From Raja brachyura (taxonomy: Eukaryota): DNA of 64,000 nucleotides. Where the stretch lies: assembly GCA_963514005.1 (NCBI GenBank), contig OY740787.1:71052001-71116000 (forward strand), in the 5' to 3' direction. Shown here in pieces: positions 14,690-29,600 of the stretch. Each line of letters starts with the position of its first letter. Within the stretch, counting starts at the first letter, position 1. The notes under the pieces were generated by a model. It had not been told where the DNA came from. It did not search any database and saw only the letters and a program-made list of their open reading frames with translations. The translations under genes were made by a program, and so were the position numbers.

Positions 14690-17600
14690 TGTAGGACTGA
14701 TACTATTCTGATGCACAAGCACCACCATAACATCCAAACAAGTGTCACTATTAAGACCAATTATATACTATGCTTTTTTTACTAAAACGTAGGTATTAAA
14801 ATTATTTCAGCTACAAAGACAACACAATACAGTAACAAATGGACCAATTACAATTACAGCAAACAATTAGATCACATATCATGTAATAAGATTAACATGT
14901 AGCAGAGCATTGGCAATCCGTAACCTTTGAACAGAACACAAGACAGTGACAAAATGAATTCACTGTAATTCCAAGAATAATTAAAAGAAAGAACATTTCC
15001 TTTCTTATATACCTTTCACTGGAGTAGTCTTTTCTTTTTGTGCAGCTGGTTTCATTTCCTCAGGTACAAACCTGGGAACCTCAGGCACTTAAAAAAAAGT
15101 TTGGAAAATAAATTGCCAATGATGTGACAAGATCGGGGATGCACACAACATTAAACACAAAATAAACCATCTACTACTTTGTTGTAAATCACACAATAAT
15201 ATTGTATTTTGGTTCTAATGTACAAAAAGGTATTGTTTGATAAAATGGCATTAGATAATGAAGTAATTAGAATCCACCTTAATTATACACTAATTCGTAG
15301 ACCAATTGATTGCTTTGCAACCCATCACTTCAGGTAATTCAAACCTCAGGTAACACTAAATATATGATTTTTCTATGGACAGTACATAGCCTCTACATAC
15401 ATTTGTGGTGTCCTTACAGTTACTTTCCAATAAATCTGACTTTTCATGTTTTTGGAACAGATCGTACTGTTTACTTCAAAACATAATTTGACAAGTTGAT
15501 ACATTAAAACCGTGTACTGAACATTAATAATTTTTCAACAGAAGTATGATGATTTTGCATAATTACTGATTTAGTTTACTATAATATGTTGCAAGGCTGT
15601 ATGCCCACTAGGCAGACTCATGTCTAAATGAACTGTAGATACATTGGAAACATTGCAAGTTATAGACTGGAAGGATCCAGCTGCATAAATATTGATTGCG
15701 TGTTGGGCCAGGCAACTATTGACAATTATGAGAGTGCAGGCGAGATAATTACTTCCATATAAGTACAGAACTGTATGAGTACAGAGCATAATTATAATTT
15801 TAAATGGTTCTGTTGGAAGTTGGGTGTGGGGATGACAAGGGTGCATGGGTAATGCAGATTACTTCACACATTTAAAATAAAGACTGGTTGGAACACAAGA
15901 CTCCAAAAATGCAGTGTTGGTTTCCAATCATCAATGAATATCAGTTGTCCCAATGATCTGCTAATGGGCATGTTTTCATGCATTTTCATGGATTTGGCAT
16001 TCAACAAGGCTGAAATTACCTATTTGGCATACAAATGCCAATTGCATCATCAAACAACTACAACTACCCAATTTGATGTCCCAGATTTTCGGCTATGATG
16101 TAATCATTATAAAACTATCAAAATTATTTCAATAAGGAAGACAGATTGACACAGCACAAGTGGCACACATGCACAAACAAAACACAAAGTAAAAGAACTC
16201 TTAACTGAACTACTTTATAAGATAGTGCCAGATTGGCAGAAGCATTTATCCAAAGGATAATTAAAGCATGTGCGTTCCTTTGTACCTTTTATTGGAGCAA
16301 CCTTTTCTTCTTGTGGAGTTGGTTTCATTTCTTCAGGAACAAACTCAGGAACCTCAGGCACTTTAAGAATTTAATTTTTGGACAGAAGAATATCAGAGAC
16401 ACGCACTCAGAACATTTTAAAATAGCAATGCACGTAACATTAAATGCAAGAAAGCAACTAATATATGATGCGTCCATTTTCTTGTAGCAATCATATAACT
16501 ATTATGATCTTGGTATATGTAGATTACACCTTATGTAGCCTATTAAATGGTAAAAAAGGTATGTTAGCATTCATAGCGAAAGGATTTGAGTATAGGAGCA
16601 GGGAGGTTCTACTGCAGTTGTACAGGGTTTTGGTGAGGCCACACCTGGAGTATTGCATACAGTTTTGATCTCCAAATCTGAGGAAAGACATCCTTGCCAT
16701 AGAAGGGGTACAGAGAAGATTCACCAGACTGATTCCTGGGATGACAGGACTTTCATATGAGGAAAGATTGGATAGACTCGGCTTGTACTCGCTGGAATTT
16801 AGAAGATTGAGGGGGGATCTTATAGAAACTTACAAAATTCTTAAGGGGTTGGACAAGCTAGATGCTGGAAGATTGTTTGATGTTGGGGGAGTCCAGAACA
16901 AGGGGTCACAGTCTAAGGATAAGGGGGAATTCCTTTAGGACCGAGATGAGGAAAACATTCTTTACACAGAGAGTGGTGAGTCTCTGGAATTCTCTGCCAC
17001 AGAAGGTAGTTGAGGCCAGTTCATTGGCTATATTTAAGAGGGCGTTGGATGTGGCACTTGTGGCTAAAGGGATCAGGGGGTATGGAGAGAAGGCAGGTAC
17101 GGGATATTGAGTTGGATGATCAGCCATGATCACATTGAATGGCGGTGCAGGCTCGAAGGGCCGAATGGCCTACTCCTGCACCTATTTTTCTATGTTTCTA
17201 AATAATTCAAGTAGAAATGCTTGGCTGCATATTAATTACAAGTTATTTAGTAATAAACTCAATTAATCCAAATTATTTAGATGAAAATTGCACTATTTTC
17301 CTGAGACAGCTTCTGGTGTTATTATGTCTAGCAGCGTACATGATTTATCTAGAGAACACTCCTCCAAATGAAGTAAAACAGAAAATGCTAAATAAAAAAC
17401 ACTTAACACTAAGCACATCTATGGAAAAAGACACAGTTCTGAGTCTGAGACCCTTCACCAAAACTGAGAACGTGATACAACTTAGTCCAGGTAGGCAGGG
17501 GAGTGAAAACTGAGGAATAAAGAGTTAACCGCCTCTTAAGACTGCACGCTTTCATCCTTTCAGAGAAGTTCCCTTTAAGCCATCCATTCCCCTACTCTCT

Positions 17601-20600
17601 CTGCTATCTAGATTGACGTTAATTTCTCAGTTATGATGAACTGTCTCGAACCTGAAACATTAACTGTTTCTCTTTCCTTAGATGTGCTAAATCTGTTGAG
17701 TTATTCCAGAATGTTCTGTTTATATTCCATTTAGAGGAGTGGGATCTTTACATAAATTACGCGCTGTTGATTTTCTGTTTTTATTTAGATTTCAAGCATC
17801 TATAATTTTATGCTTCACCATTACTATTTCTAATACAATATGTCTACTTAATTTAAAGGAAAAGTGAGCTACAAGAGCTACAAAATACAAATCAGGTTCC
17901 ACGTAAATGTACAAGCATATGAGCATACAATACAAGTGCACACAAACAAATACATATAAACACACAATAGAAATACACAGACTAAAGCCAATTGATAGTG
18001 TGATTACTTCTTCAAAGAACGTATTTAAACCTTTGGATGCTTATTTCCATACCTCTCATTGGAGGAACTTTTTCTTTTCTTGAAACAGTAAGTGGCTTAA
18101 CTTCATCAGAAACATCTTTCTTGAACACTTTAAAAAACAGTTTTATTATTAGATAAAGCACAATGAAAATAATGGATCTGCAAGATGTTTGAAAAGTGAA
18201 ACTAAACATGGAGGACAAACACATTATATAAAATTAGACCACAAGGCACAATCAACTGATAGGAAGAATATAAGTAGTAAATGGATTCCCATGGTTTTGA
18301 ATTTCATAGTGGCTCTTTCATGAAATAAAATACTAATACAACATCGTATTTTCAAAAAAGGAGAAATGATAATTAAATTGCAAATCAAAATGCTTGTAAG
18401 AGGACAGTGTGCACCTCTATTAAAATAGAACCCAACCATATGTGTTTTCTTAAACAAATATATTGTGGTACTGATTATACATGATTAAGGTGATTATGTA
18501 TGCAAGTCAGCGATTCATTTTTTTAATATAGTTCCTGAAGTCTGCACTGATTTCAATAGATTAAAAACATTGGAAAGAATGTCCAGCGAATTGTATACTT
18601 GTCAAGTTTTAAATTATATATGAGAAAATTCTTGAGCAGAAATGCATGAATTGTTGAGATTCCTAACATGGCTTCAACAAACAGGATTTCTACTTCAGTA
18701 AATTTATTGAGTTCTTTGAGGAAGTTTCTGAAAGACTGGATGGCAATGGCCTGTTGATGTTGCATAAATAAATTTCTGGTTCACAATATTGCACCACATT
18801 GAAGGCTACCTGAGATTAAAAAATAAGTGGGAACTTGATTCAAGTGGGAACTTGAACCAAGTGGGAAATTGGACAGGTTAAATTTCTGCTTTATGAAAAC
18901 CTAAAGTGCAATTTTTGGCATTCTGTTAGGTATTCTTTTGCAGAAGATAAAGAATAATTTCAAGATTGGCATTCTTTGAAGAAAAAATAATCTTAAAGGA
19001 TCAACTGATTAAAGAAACATATTAAAATAAATAAAAAGTCCAAATCACTTGGAACCATCTTTTGCAGAAGCTTCCTCTTTGTAGGTGATATGTTCAGCCT
19101 CAGCAAATTAAAATTAAAAATGTTTATGCTACTAATAATTCAGACAAAATACATTTGCAAACATATTAAAGCAATAAGATGCTTATCTGTTACAATATAT
19201 CTGATCAAATAAAATCACTGAATTGGGCAATGAATACCTGAAACTTGAATAAATGTGCCTACAATCCATCGGTGACAGCAGCTCTTTGACATCCCATCCT
19301 AATATTCATTCTTCAAATGTAATTCTAGACAATATGCACTATTAATCAAGGTAACATAATTGTGTCTCTACCTTTCTGATAATCAACTTCATCTCCCTCC
19401 AGAATTGTGTAAGTAACTTCTTCGTAACTCTTGGATATTTCAGTGACTTTAAAAGAGATATATTCTGTTAGTTTTTATCAGTAAGAATATGTTTCATGCA
19501 TGACAACACTTGAGACGAGGCAGTATAAGTTTACGGAAATAACATATCTTTAAATTTATCAATTTAATTTGAGCAAAATACTATTTTGACCCTCTTCTAT
19601 TATGTTCATTTGTTCTAAGACAAATGTGTGATAGCAAATGGTCATCTCAGGTGAGGAACTGTCTTCAGGGAAGTAAAGAGAATAGCTAAATTAATATTAA
19701 TAGAGATAAATAAATTATCACCAACTAAAACTTACATGGGCACGTCTTATTTCAAATAATTCAGCCTTACTATAGTCACACTCAGTGACTCTGCAAGGTT
19801 AGTTTTCTCACTGACTTGCATTCTTGTTGAAAGGAAAGTGTTAGAATAAAATCATACATTAAAAATATGACACCCACTAAGAAAATCAGCTATCAAATAG
19901 CAGAAATTATACCTCGGGTTTTACTGGCAAAATGATATATTTAACTACTGAAATGGTAAAATCGTGCCTTTAATAAACAAGCGTAGGATCTCCATTTGCA
20001 TATCCATATTAACAGAGCAGGCTTCTAATGATTACAATTGAAATATTTGAAAGATAAATAACACAGAGATAGCCTGCCAGATTGGACTCTGAGGCATAAA
20101 ATATGAGGCAAGGACAGCAATTTCTCTGTGGAAGATAATCCTTTCAGCTGGGAATCATATTAATGCAACTATTGCATTTTTAAGCATTCCAAAGCTCACT
20201 TCAATTTTTATGGGTTTAGTGACCTCTTCAACATAAGCAATGAGTAAAAGTTGATAAAGATTGGCATAGGAGTGCAACAAGTTCACGTGATAAGAGCAGA
20301 ATTAGGCCATTCAGCCCATTAAGTCTACTCCGCCATTCAATCATGGCTGATCTATCTTCCCCTCTCATCCCCATTCTCCTGCCCTTTGCCCATAACTCCT
20401 GACATCCATACCAATCATGAATCTATCTATCTCTGCCTTAAAAATATCCATTGAGTTGGCCTCCACAATCTTCTATGGCAATGCTACAGGTCACCATATG
20501 TCTGTGTTCACCCATAGTCAATTAGCCACACCATGCATATCTGACTCTCATGTAAGCCCATATAAAATTTCCCAGGGCTCCAATTTAGGAGCTGTTTCGG

Positions 20601-23600
20601 GTCACAAATTTGGAGGAAGTAGATTATTGATTTTTATTGAATTTGGGCATGGGGCTCAATTTTTGGCAAGTTTAATTTCTGTTTATCATCAATTGACTCA
20701 AATATTTTGGATTGGGCATGGATGCTATTGGGGCCAACTGGATAAACAAGTGTTCCAATAGTGCATGAGAGGATAGACATGCTGACTGTTGAAGGCAAGG
20801 TTGGGAATGGAATGCATGGGTTGTGGCTGAGGTACTCCAGCATATTGTGTCTAACTTATATAAATAATACTTTCTGATGCTGAACCAAATATATCAAATA
20901 TGTTACCTATTTCTTCTGTCCATTCTTCTGTAAAAAAAAAGTAAAACTATGTCAATATTTAATTACACCAACATAATTCAAGTGGATGTATATACACAGC
21001 TAACTAAAAAGAATACATTGGGAGGTACAGGAAAAATGGTAACTTCAAAACTATAGCTAAAGAAGCATCCTAAATCCAAATAGTAGTTCTTAGATACACT
21101 TTTTGCAAAATAAATTTAAGAAAAAATTACAATGAGTCCTCAATTTGATGGCACCAAAATCATACAAGAGGATCAAGTCTGAAGAAGGGTCTCGACCCAA
21201 AACTTCACCCATTCCTTCTCTCCAGAGATGCTGCCCATCACGTTGAGTTACTCCAGCATTCTGTGTCTACCCAAGAGGATCAATATGTGTGTTGAGCCTG
21301 TGAGTAAAGCTGATGTAGCAAATGTGAAGAATGGCCAGGAGAGAGCAAGGAACAAACTTTTGCACTATATTTGCGGCCCTAGTGGAGGAGTTGGAAAGCA
21401 GAAAGAGGTTGCCATTCCCAAATAGTTACAAATGCACAAATAGACTTTAATGTTACAATATGTATTCACGCCCATCATTCTTTAATGGTTGAAGGGCATA
21501 TCTATGAAATATTTAACCCAAAGAGAACCATGACGGAAAATCATTGCAAATGTTGATGTGCATGCACCAATGTACCAAATCTTTATGCTGAATTAGACTC
21601 CATACGTTCCAGAATCGGTGAATCATCCCATGAGCAGCTTTCAGGTCCAATCACAATTCAACATTTAAAAGGGCAATGCTGCTTCTTCTAAAGTAGTAAC
21701 AGCAGTAATGACTCAGAGACTCCGAGTGGAAGAACAAGGCCAGCCATTGCTATGCATGTAAACTTAACAATCATATCTCTGACAGATTACGATGATTGCT
21801 TGGGGTGCTGATTGGACAGAGTAGCAGTAGGTGTACGAAGCATGAACTTGTATATTCTCTCTCAAGGTGGCAGCAACCATCCACCCCTGATGGCAACCAA
21901 TTTTTGGTGTCATCTTTCAAACTTGTGCAATACATTACGTTTTGCGAAAATGCAATCATTAACTGCAGTTTCTACACCGAGAAGCCTACATGGTCATCAT
22001 CTAAATACATCTCTTGCCTTGTTTTAAGAAAGGCCTGCGACTGTTACTTGGCAACTGAGATTGAACTGTGCAAGGGTAGCAAGAAGGCCAAATAAAAAAT
22101 ACACTAAAGAAATGCAGATAGATAATTAGTTGTTAAGACATGGGGGCAGAATTAGGCCATTTAGCCTGTTCCGCCATTCGATCATGGCTGATCTAGTTTT
22201 CTCTTTCAACCCGATTCTCCCACCTTTTCCCTGTAACCTTTAGCGCCTTTATTAATCAAAAACCTATCAATCTCCACTTTAAAAATACTCAATTACTTGG
22301 CCTTCTGTGGTAGTTAACTGGAAATAAGGAAAATGGCAGGATTTATTTATAATTTCTTTATAATCCCAATTCCCTTCCACTAGTCTTGCCCATACTACCA
22401 GTACCTATTATGCCAAAATACTTTGGGTACATTTATTCATCTAATTGGTACAGTAGTATCCTATCAATAGCTACTTTCTATCCAAATTACAATACAATAA
22501 ACGTTTCAGTTGAGGCCAAATGTATTTGATGTTAGATTCCTAAGTTAGATTCCTAAGTTTTACCTGGAGATGGTTTTCTTTCAAATGGAATTCCAATATC
22601 AGGAACATCTAAAGGATACAAAAGCAAGATTTTTTACTCGTTGATCACATGGTTTTATTTTCTCTATATTTTTGAATGATTTATAGCAAAGTATTAAAAT
22701 TCAATTATTTTGAGGAAAAAGTAAGCAAAGTAAGAGATGACAAATAGAACTAATACTGTTCATGATTTATTCCTAACTTACTGAAAATTTGATAATAGGA
22801 ATATGACATTTTTATGAATACATACCAGGTTTCCTTTGCTGTAAATTGATTTCTGTAATAATCAGATTTTAAATGATATATTAGTTAAAGAAACATTACA
22901 GTATCACTGAAAAAAATGTTTCAATTGTCAAACATTCCTACCTTGGCTTGATACGTAGAGTTCTGCAGTACTTTTAGCTTCACCCCTTGGTTCAAGTTGA
23001 GCAATTACAGAATAAACACCTAAAGAAATTAATTTTAAACAATGATATTTATCTCTATTTCAATGGAAAATAGTATTTCACGGAATTACATTATACATAT
23101 AGCACTGAAACAAAAGGCCTTAATGATGTCAAGGGAGGTGGTAACAAATTTCAAGACTTATACGTAAAGACCTTTTCCCAATCTCCTTATTTGATTATTC
23201 TAATGGCTTCTATTTTGGAATTCTACACATACGACAACTTATCCATTATTTATATTCTTCCTTCTTACTTCTGAATACCTCTATCGGGTCACATGTTACA
23301 CTTAGTCATTCTTTCTTATTCCGATAACAAGTTCTGCCTTCATTTTGTAAATCATTTTTGTACTTCTCAGTGCTGATCAAGGTTCAAAATTAAATTCAAC
23401 ATAATTTCTCCGATTCAAATTGGCTCATTGTAAGTTAGCCTCAGGAGGTAAAAAACAAAATAAATAACCACAGTAACGGAAATAAGATTACATTATTACA
23501 ATGAACAAACCTTCGTCTTCCGTTGTGACATTATGGATAGTCATAAAATGCCTTCGCCCTACTCTTCTGAAGCTGTATTTTTCACTTTCTTTCAGCACCA

Positions 23601-26600
23601 CCGTATCTTTAAACCAGGTTACAATGGCATCATCAAAAGACACTTCACACTCAAATACAGCTGACTCATGTTCTTTCACCACAATATCCTGAATTGTCTT
23701 TGTGAATTCAATTGGGTGAGCTATAACACATAAAAACAAAAACAAAAATTCATATTAAAAATCCACTCTCAAAATACAATTAGACGAACCCCATTTTATA
23801 AAGCTACAAACCTTGAACATTTAAATCAGCAGTTGTCTCTTGATCTTCAAACCTGCAAGTAAATCGGCCTTGGTCCTCTGGTTTCAAGTCACTAATAGTG
23901 ACTTTCTGCAACTTATCCACAACATCTATGGAATATCTGCCCTGCCCCTCAATTCTCCTCCCATTTTTAAACCACTCCGTTTTTAGATTTGGTAAGGAAA
24001 ACTGGCAAACCATGATACAAATATGGCCTTCCTTTCCGGAAAGATTTTCAAGATGCTGTTCAACAATAGGTTCTGGAGAACACAAACCGATTTAAGTAAA
24101 TTAGATGAGTTCAAAAGTTTCCAAACAACATTTAGAAATTAAAATATAAATATAATAACAACTTACCAACAACAGTTAGTTTTGCACTTGAGATATGTGG
24201 GCCACAGACAATGCGGAAGTTGCCTTGATCTTGCAGAGCACAGTCTTTAATCTTTAGACGATGAATGTCACCATGAATGCTAATTTCATACTTGCTATTC
24301 GATTCCAATTTTTCAGTCCCTTTATACCAGGAAAGTTTAATTTCAGGATAATTTATTTTGATGGTACATTCAAACTCTGCATCTGCATTTGTACGTACAA
24401 CCTGATCTTCAATATCCTTGATTAATTCAATAGGCTGTAGAGAGAATAAATAAATATTTATTTCAAAAAAGGAACACCCCAATGGAATATGATTTTAGGA
24501 TTATAATGATGGAAATCTTACCTCAACTTTTTCTATTCTATGCTGGATATATTGAATTAATTCATTAAACTCCTCTTCTTCAGGACCTCGGTCCAGCTCT
24601 TCCACCTCCTTAATAAAGCACCAATTAAAGATAGTTACAGAAAAGCATGAATGTAAGACACCTATTCTCCCTAACAGTATAATGTCATATGGCACTGATA
24701 AACATAATCCTACGCACCACTCTGTGAGTTTCATCTCCTTTGCTGGCTTTCAACAGCTCAATGGCTTGGAGGAGACCACGGAAATCAGTAATTCCATACA
24801 TACGAGCATACTTTTCATACTCCTTCGGATCAACATTCCTTAAAAGTTCAACAATATCAATATCCTTATCTGCTTCTTCTTCCTTTTTCTTGGATGGTGT
24901 TCTTTTAAGATAAATGGCAAAATTAATTCATTATTGTTCTATTTTAATAATTGTATGTCAAAAAGTACATAAATCAATGTATCAATTCTAAAATCAGTCT
25001 ATTGTCATCAATTTGTCACTTAAATGTATACACTCCATTAAATAGGTCATCATGAAGACAAATATTAAATTGAAGAGAGATTCAGTTACATTATGCAAAT
25101 AATCTAGTATGATAGTCATCAAATGAAAAATCAAAGCTTTGTTAGTGATACCTAAATCAAAATACTTACTTCTTCAACTTTGCTCTAAAGTCTGTTTCAA
25201 CTATAATTTCTTTTTTCTCTTCAACATCTAAATTCATACCACTTTCAATTTCACCAAATTTATTGGATGCAACACATCTGTAACGTCCAGAGTCAGTTTT
25301 TATTATATCTTTGATTTCTAGTTTGGCCTCTTGCCCCTTTTGTTGGACAATAATTCGACCACCATGGTTCATTTGCCTCCATTTGCCTTTCATCCATTTG
25401 ACATTTGGAATTGGATCACCACCAACCTTTGCAATAAATGTTGCTATATCCTCTGAAATATAAAAATGACATTTAAATATCTTGCATCTTGCAAAAATAT
25501 TTATTTTTAACAAACACAATATCAGGAAAAATGTTCAACTTACTTTCTGTTCCTTTAAAGTTCTTTGGTTTCTCAATGAAGAAGATTTGGTCAGGTTGTG
25601 GTGGAGAAACAACTTTCTTTACTGCCGCTTTTTCTAAATCAGAACAAATTAAATGAATTTCATAGGTCCAATTCTACTGTAATCCAGTACATCATTTCTC
25701 AAAAGTAAGTATTATGAATGTATGCTCTGTACAAAAATCAAATTTATCAAGCGTGAATGCAAAAAAGTTTAGAACATTAGTACCATCATTTTGATCTTGG
25801 TACAAAATAGTTTCAATGCCAATGTAAATTTGTCGATTTTGCCTGACCTATACCCAGAGAGAAAGAGCACAACTTCATTTTCCAGAGAGTTTTCTTATAC
25901 TTAAGTATGTGATCAGGTCAGTTCCTCAGTTTAGATTTACATTGCATGAACCTCTGTATCCCACCATAATTATAAAAAGTAATACTTGCATATAGATCTC
26001 CATCTTATAATTCATGGCTTAATTCATCTCTTATCTAAATATTGATCATCAATTCAACAATCAGGGTGGATAATATATTTGCAACATATTTAGGATAATG
26101 TTATGATTTTCTTTATGTGGAAGTGGTAAGCCATTTGACTTTATATTTCATCTCATTTCTTTTCAATTAATGGTCCATCTAAATCATATTCACAGGTTGT
26201 CCATTCCTATTTTGTCCATTCATGTTCAATTTTGTATCATTACCTTCTTTACAATATTTTTGAATATACCTGCCATCATTGCACCTTTGACAAAAATTCA
26301 GATTTGAAAGTATGGACCAGTTCAATATAATTTTAATTGACTAGATGAACACAAGCAAGGACAATTTGGAAGAATGGATTGTTCATTTGCCCTCATGGCT
26401 AATTCCTCTTTGCAATGATTACAGGATTTTTTCATGCGATGTAGAATGAGGTTACTAAAATATAAAGTTTAAAAAGGTATTACTGTGCTTATGAAGATAT
26501 ACCGCATATATTATATATTAGAAATACAAATCACAAATGTATTCTGATGCATGCCCTGTATGAAAGACCATGGAAAATGGAACAGTACAGCATAGGAACA

Positions 26601-29600
26601 GGCCCTTCAGCCCACCATGTTTGTGCTGAACATAGAAACATAGGTGCAGGAGTAGTCCATTCAGCTCTTCGAGTCAGCACCACCATTCAATATGATCATG
26701 GCTGATCATCTAAAATCAGTACCCCATTCCTGCTTTTTCCCTGTATCACTGCATCTGCCCTCTCACCCAACCTACCTAAGTCAGCCTCATAGCATCCTCA
26801 TCGCAACTCACACTGCCACCCAGCGTTGTGTTATCCGCAAACTTGGAGATGTCACATTTAATTCCCTCGTCTAAATCGTTGTAAATAACTGGGGCCCAAG
26901 CACCAAGCCCTGTGGCACCCCACTAGTCACTGCCTGCCATTCTGAAAAGGACCCATTAATTTCTACTCTTTGCTTCCTGTCTGGCAATTAGTTCCCTATC
27001 CATGGCAGTACCCTACCCCAGTAACAGGTGCTCTAATTTTGCACACTAATCTCATGTATGGGACTCTGTCAAAGGCTTTAGGAAAGTCCAGATACACCAC
27101 ATTCATTGGCTCTCCCTTATCCATTATACTTGTTACATCCTCAAAAAATTCCGGAAGATTAATGGTGCAAGGTTTCCCCTTCATTAATCATGCTGACTTT
27201 GACCGATCCTGTCACTGCTTTTAAATGCGCTGCTTTAACATCTTTAACTAACTACTCAAGCTTCTTCCCCACTACCGATGTAAGGCTAACGGGTCTATAA
27301 TTCCCCGTTTTCTCTATCCCTCCTTTCTTAAACAGTGGGGTTACATTGGCTACCCTCCAGTCCACAGGAACTGATCCAGAGTTGAGAGAACATTGGAAAA
27401 TGATCACCAATACATCCATGATTTCTAGGGCCACCTCCTTGAGTATTCTGGTTTGCAGACCATCAGGCCCTGGGAATTTATCTGCCTTCAGTCCCAACAG
27501 TGGTGCCAAGAAAAACTAATCTCATCTGTCTGCACATAATGCATATCCTTCCATTCCCTGCATATCCATGTGCCTAACGAAAAGCATTTTAAATGCCACT
27601 ATTATATCTGCCTCCACCATCACCCCCATGCAGTACGTTGCAGGCACTCATCACACTCTGTGTGCAAAACTTGTCCTGCATATTCCCTTTAAACTTTGCC
27701 CTTCTCACCTTAAAAGCTATGCCCTCTAGTCTTTGATATTTCTGCCCTAGAAAAAAGCTTCCGACTGTCCATCTATCTAAGCCTCTCTTAATTTTATATA
27801 TTTCTATCAGGTCTCCCCTCAACCTCTGATGTTCCAGAGAAAACATCCAACTCTATCCAACTTCTCCTTATAACTAATACCCTCTAAGCCAGACAGCATT
27901 CTGTTAAACCTTTTTTGTAACCTCTCCAAAGCCTTCATATCCTCTCTGGAAAGGGGCAACCAGAACGGCATGCAATTCCCAAATGCTGCAGCGACTGCCC
28001 GCACCCGTCATAGGTCGTTGCAGGTCGGAGAAAATGTTCAAAATTTTGAAAATTCAGCTACGACTCTTCGGGCGACTGAGGAGGCTACTCACAACCATAC
28101 AGGCGACACCCTGGTGACATGTTGCGGGGTGTAGCCTGTATGGCCATGAGCAATCGCCCAAAGAGTTGTACCATGTTCTGGGCACTGCTGGATTTTCAAC
28201 ATGTTGAATATTTTCAGCCAACAACCTATTTGTGAATTGAATTCATTTCATAAATATGACCACTGATTGTTGAATGTTTCAGACATCAAAATCAAAACTA
28301 CATGGCCGAGGAATCTTCCTTTGTCTTTCAATACAATAAAGATCTCAAGGCAACTTCAATTTTGTCATAATATATTAAACTTTAAGAAGTTGAATATTCA
28401 GCAAACCATAATTTTACAAATTTGTGGGATCCATACATCACTCACATAATAATACCAATTTAATTCATAACTACCCCATACCTTGGATTGTTAGCTTGGC
28501 TTTGGAATTGTCAGTTCCAGCCTCATTTGTGGCTTTACACAGGTAGTCACCACTATCTGTTTTGGCAACTGTTTTAATTTCAACTGTGGCTGTGCCATCT
28601 ATGAAAGTCATTTTCAGTTTTTCAGATGGTTTCATTTCTTTCCTATCTTTAAACCATTGGACTTTAATTGGTTCTGACCCATGAACATGACATTTTAGCT
28701 GCAATAACTCTCCTTCTGTTATTGTCATTGGTTTAAGTGGAATATCAAAGACAGGTGGCTTCTTCAGTTCTAAAACAACAACAACAAAAGAAATGTCAAT
28801 AGTTAATACATTAACATTTTCATTATCACTTTTATTCCCTCTTCCCCTTGAAATTTTGCCATTTCCAGACAATCCATTTTTATTTTCATCTGAAAATACT
28901 TAGCGGCAGACCTGCTCAATATTATAAATGGCCTTCAATAATGCAAGGGATATATGCATTTTTGTCAGGCAATACATTTATGTTATCCTTTAGAACTCAT
29001 CCACTACACAGAATTTCAATTACTGACCTAGGGGCTAGTGGAATAAAGGGATATGGGGAGAAGGCAGGCACGGGTTATTGATGGGGGACGATCAGCCAAC
29101 ATCACAATAAATAGCGGTGCTGGCTCAAAGGGCCAAATGGCCTCCTGCATCTATTTTCTATGTTTCTATGACCTATCCAGGAAATGATGAAAAGTGCCCA
29201 ACAACAAAAAGTAGATGACATGGTATGATGCCTCTGTCAATGGCAGAATGGGACTAGCTAGGGTTCCTCAAGAACATTACTCACCACCACCTAAAAAATG
29301 ACATTGGGGATGCGCAATAAATGCTGGCCTTACCAATACACAAAGTCTGAAAAATGAACAACATATAATAATTTATATATAATTTCCACAGCATTATTGA
29401 TTAAAAGGCAGACTTTAAACAAAATCTGTACAAGAAAAGTTAACAACATGCAAGGATTTTAGAATGTCCATTCGACAATAAAATAATAAATGGTATCAAG
29501 ACTAAACAAAAAACGATTCAACAAAACAGAATTTGCCAAACTTCCCCATTCCTTATAATTATCAATATCCATCACTGACCTTTGATCAGTACGGACACAT

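Noticed and set aside
19049-19098. Possible exon AEHITYKEEASAKD
   Set aside because: Weak GAG acceptor and phase incompatible with neighbouring phase-1 exons
19736-19923. Candidate 11-nt (19913-19923) and 30/34-nt (from 19736) micro-exons with plausible donors
   Set aside because: No combination preserves frame without a stop; would need transcript evidence
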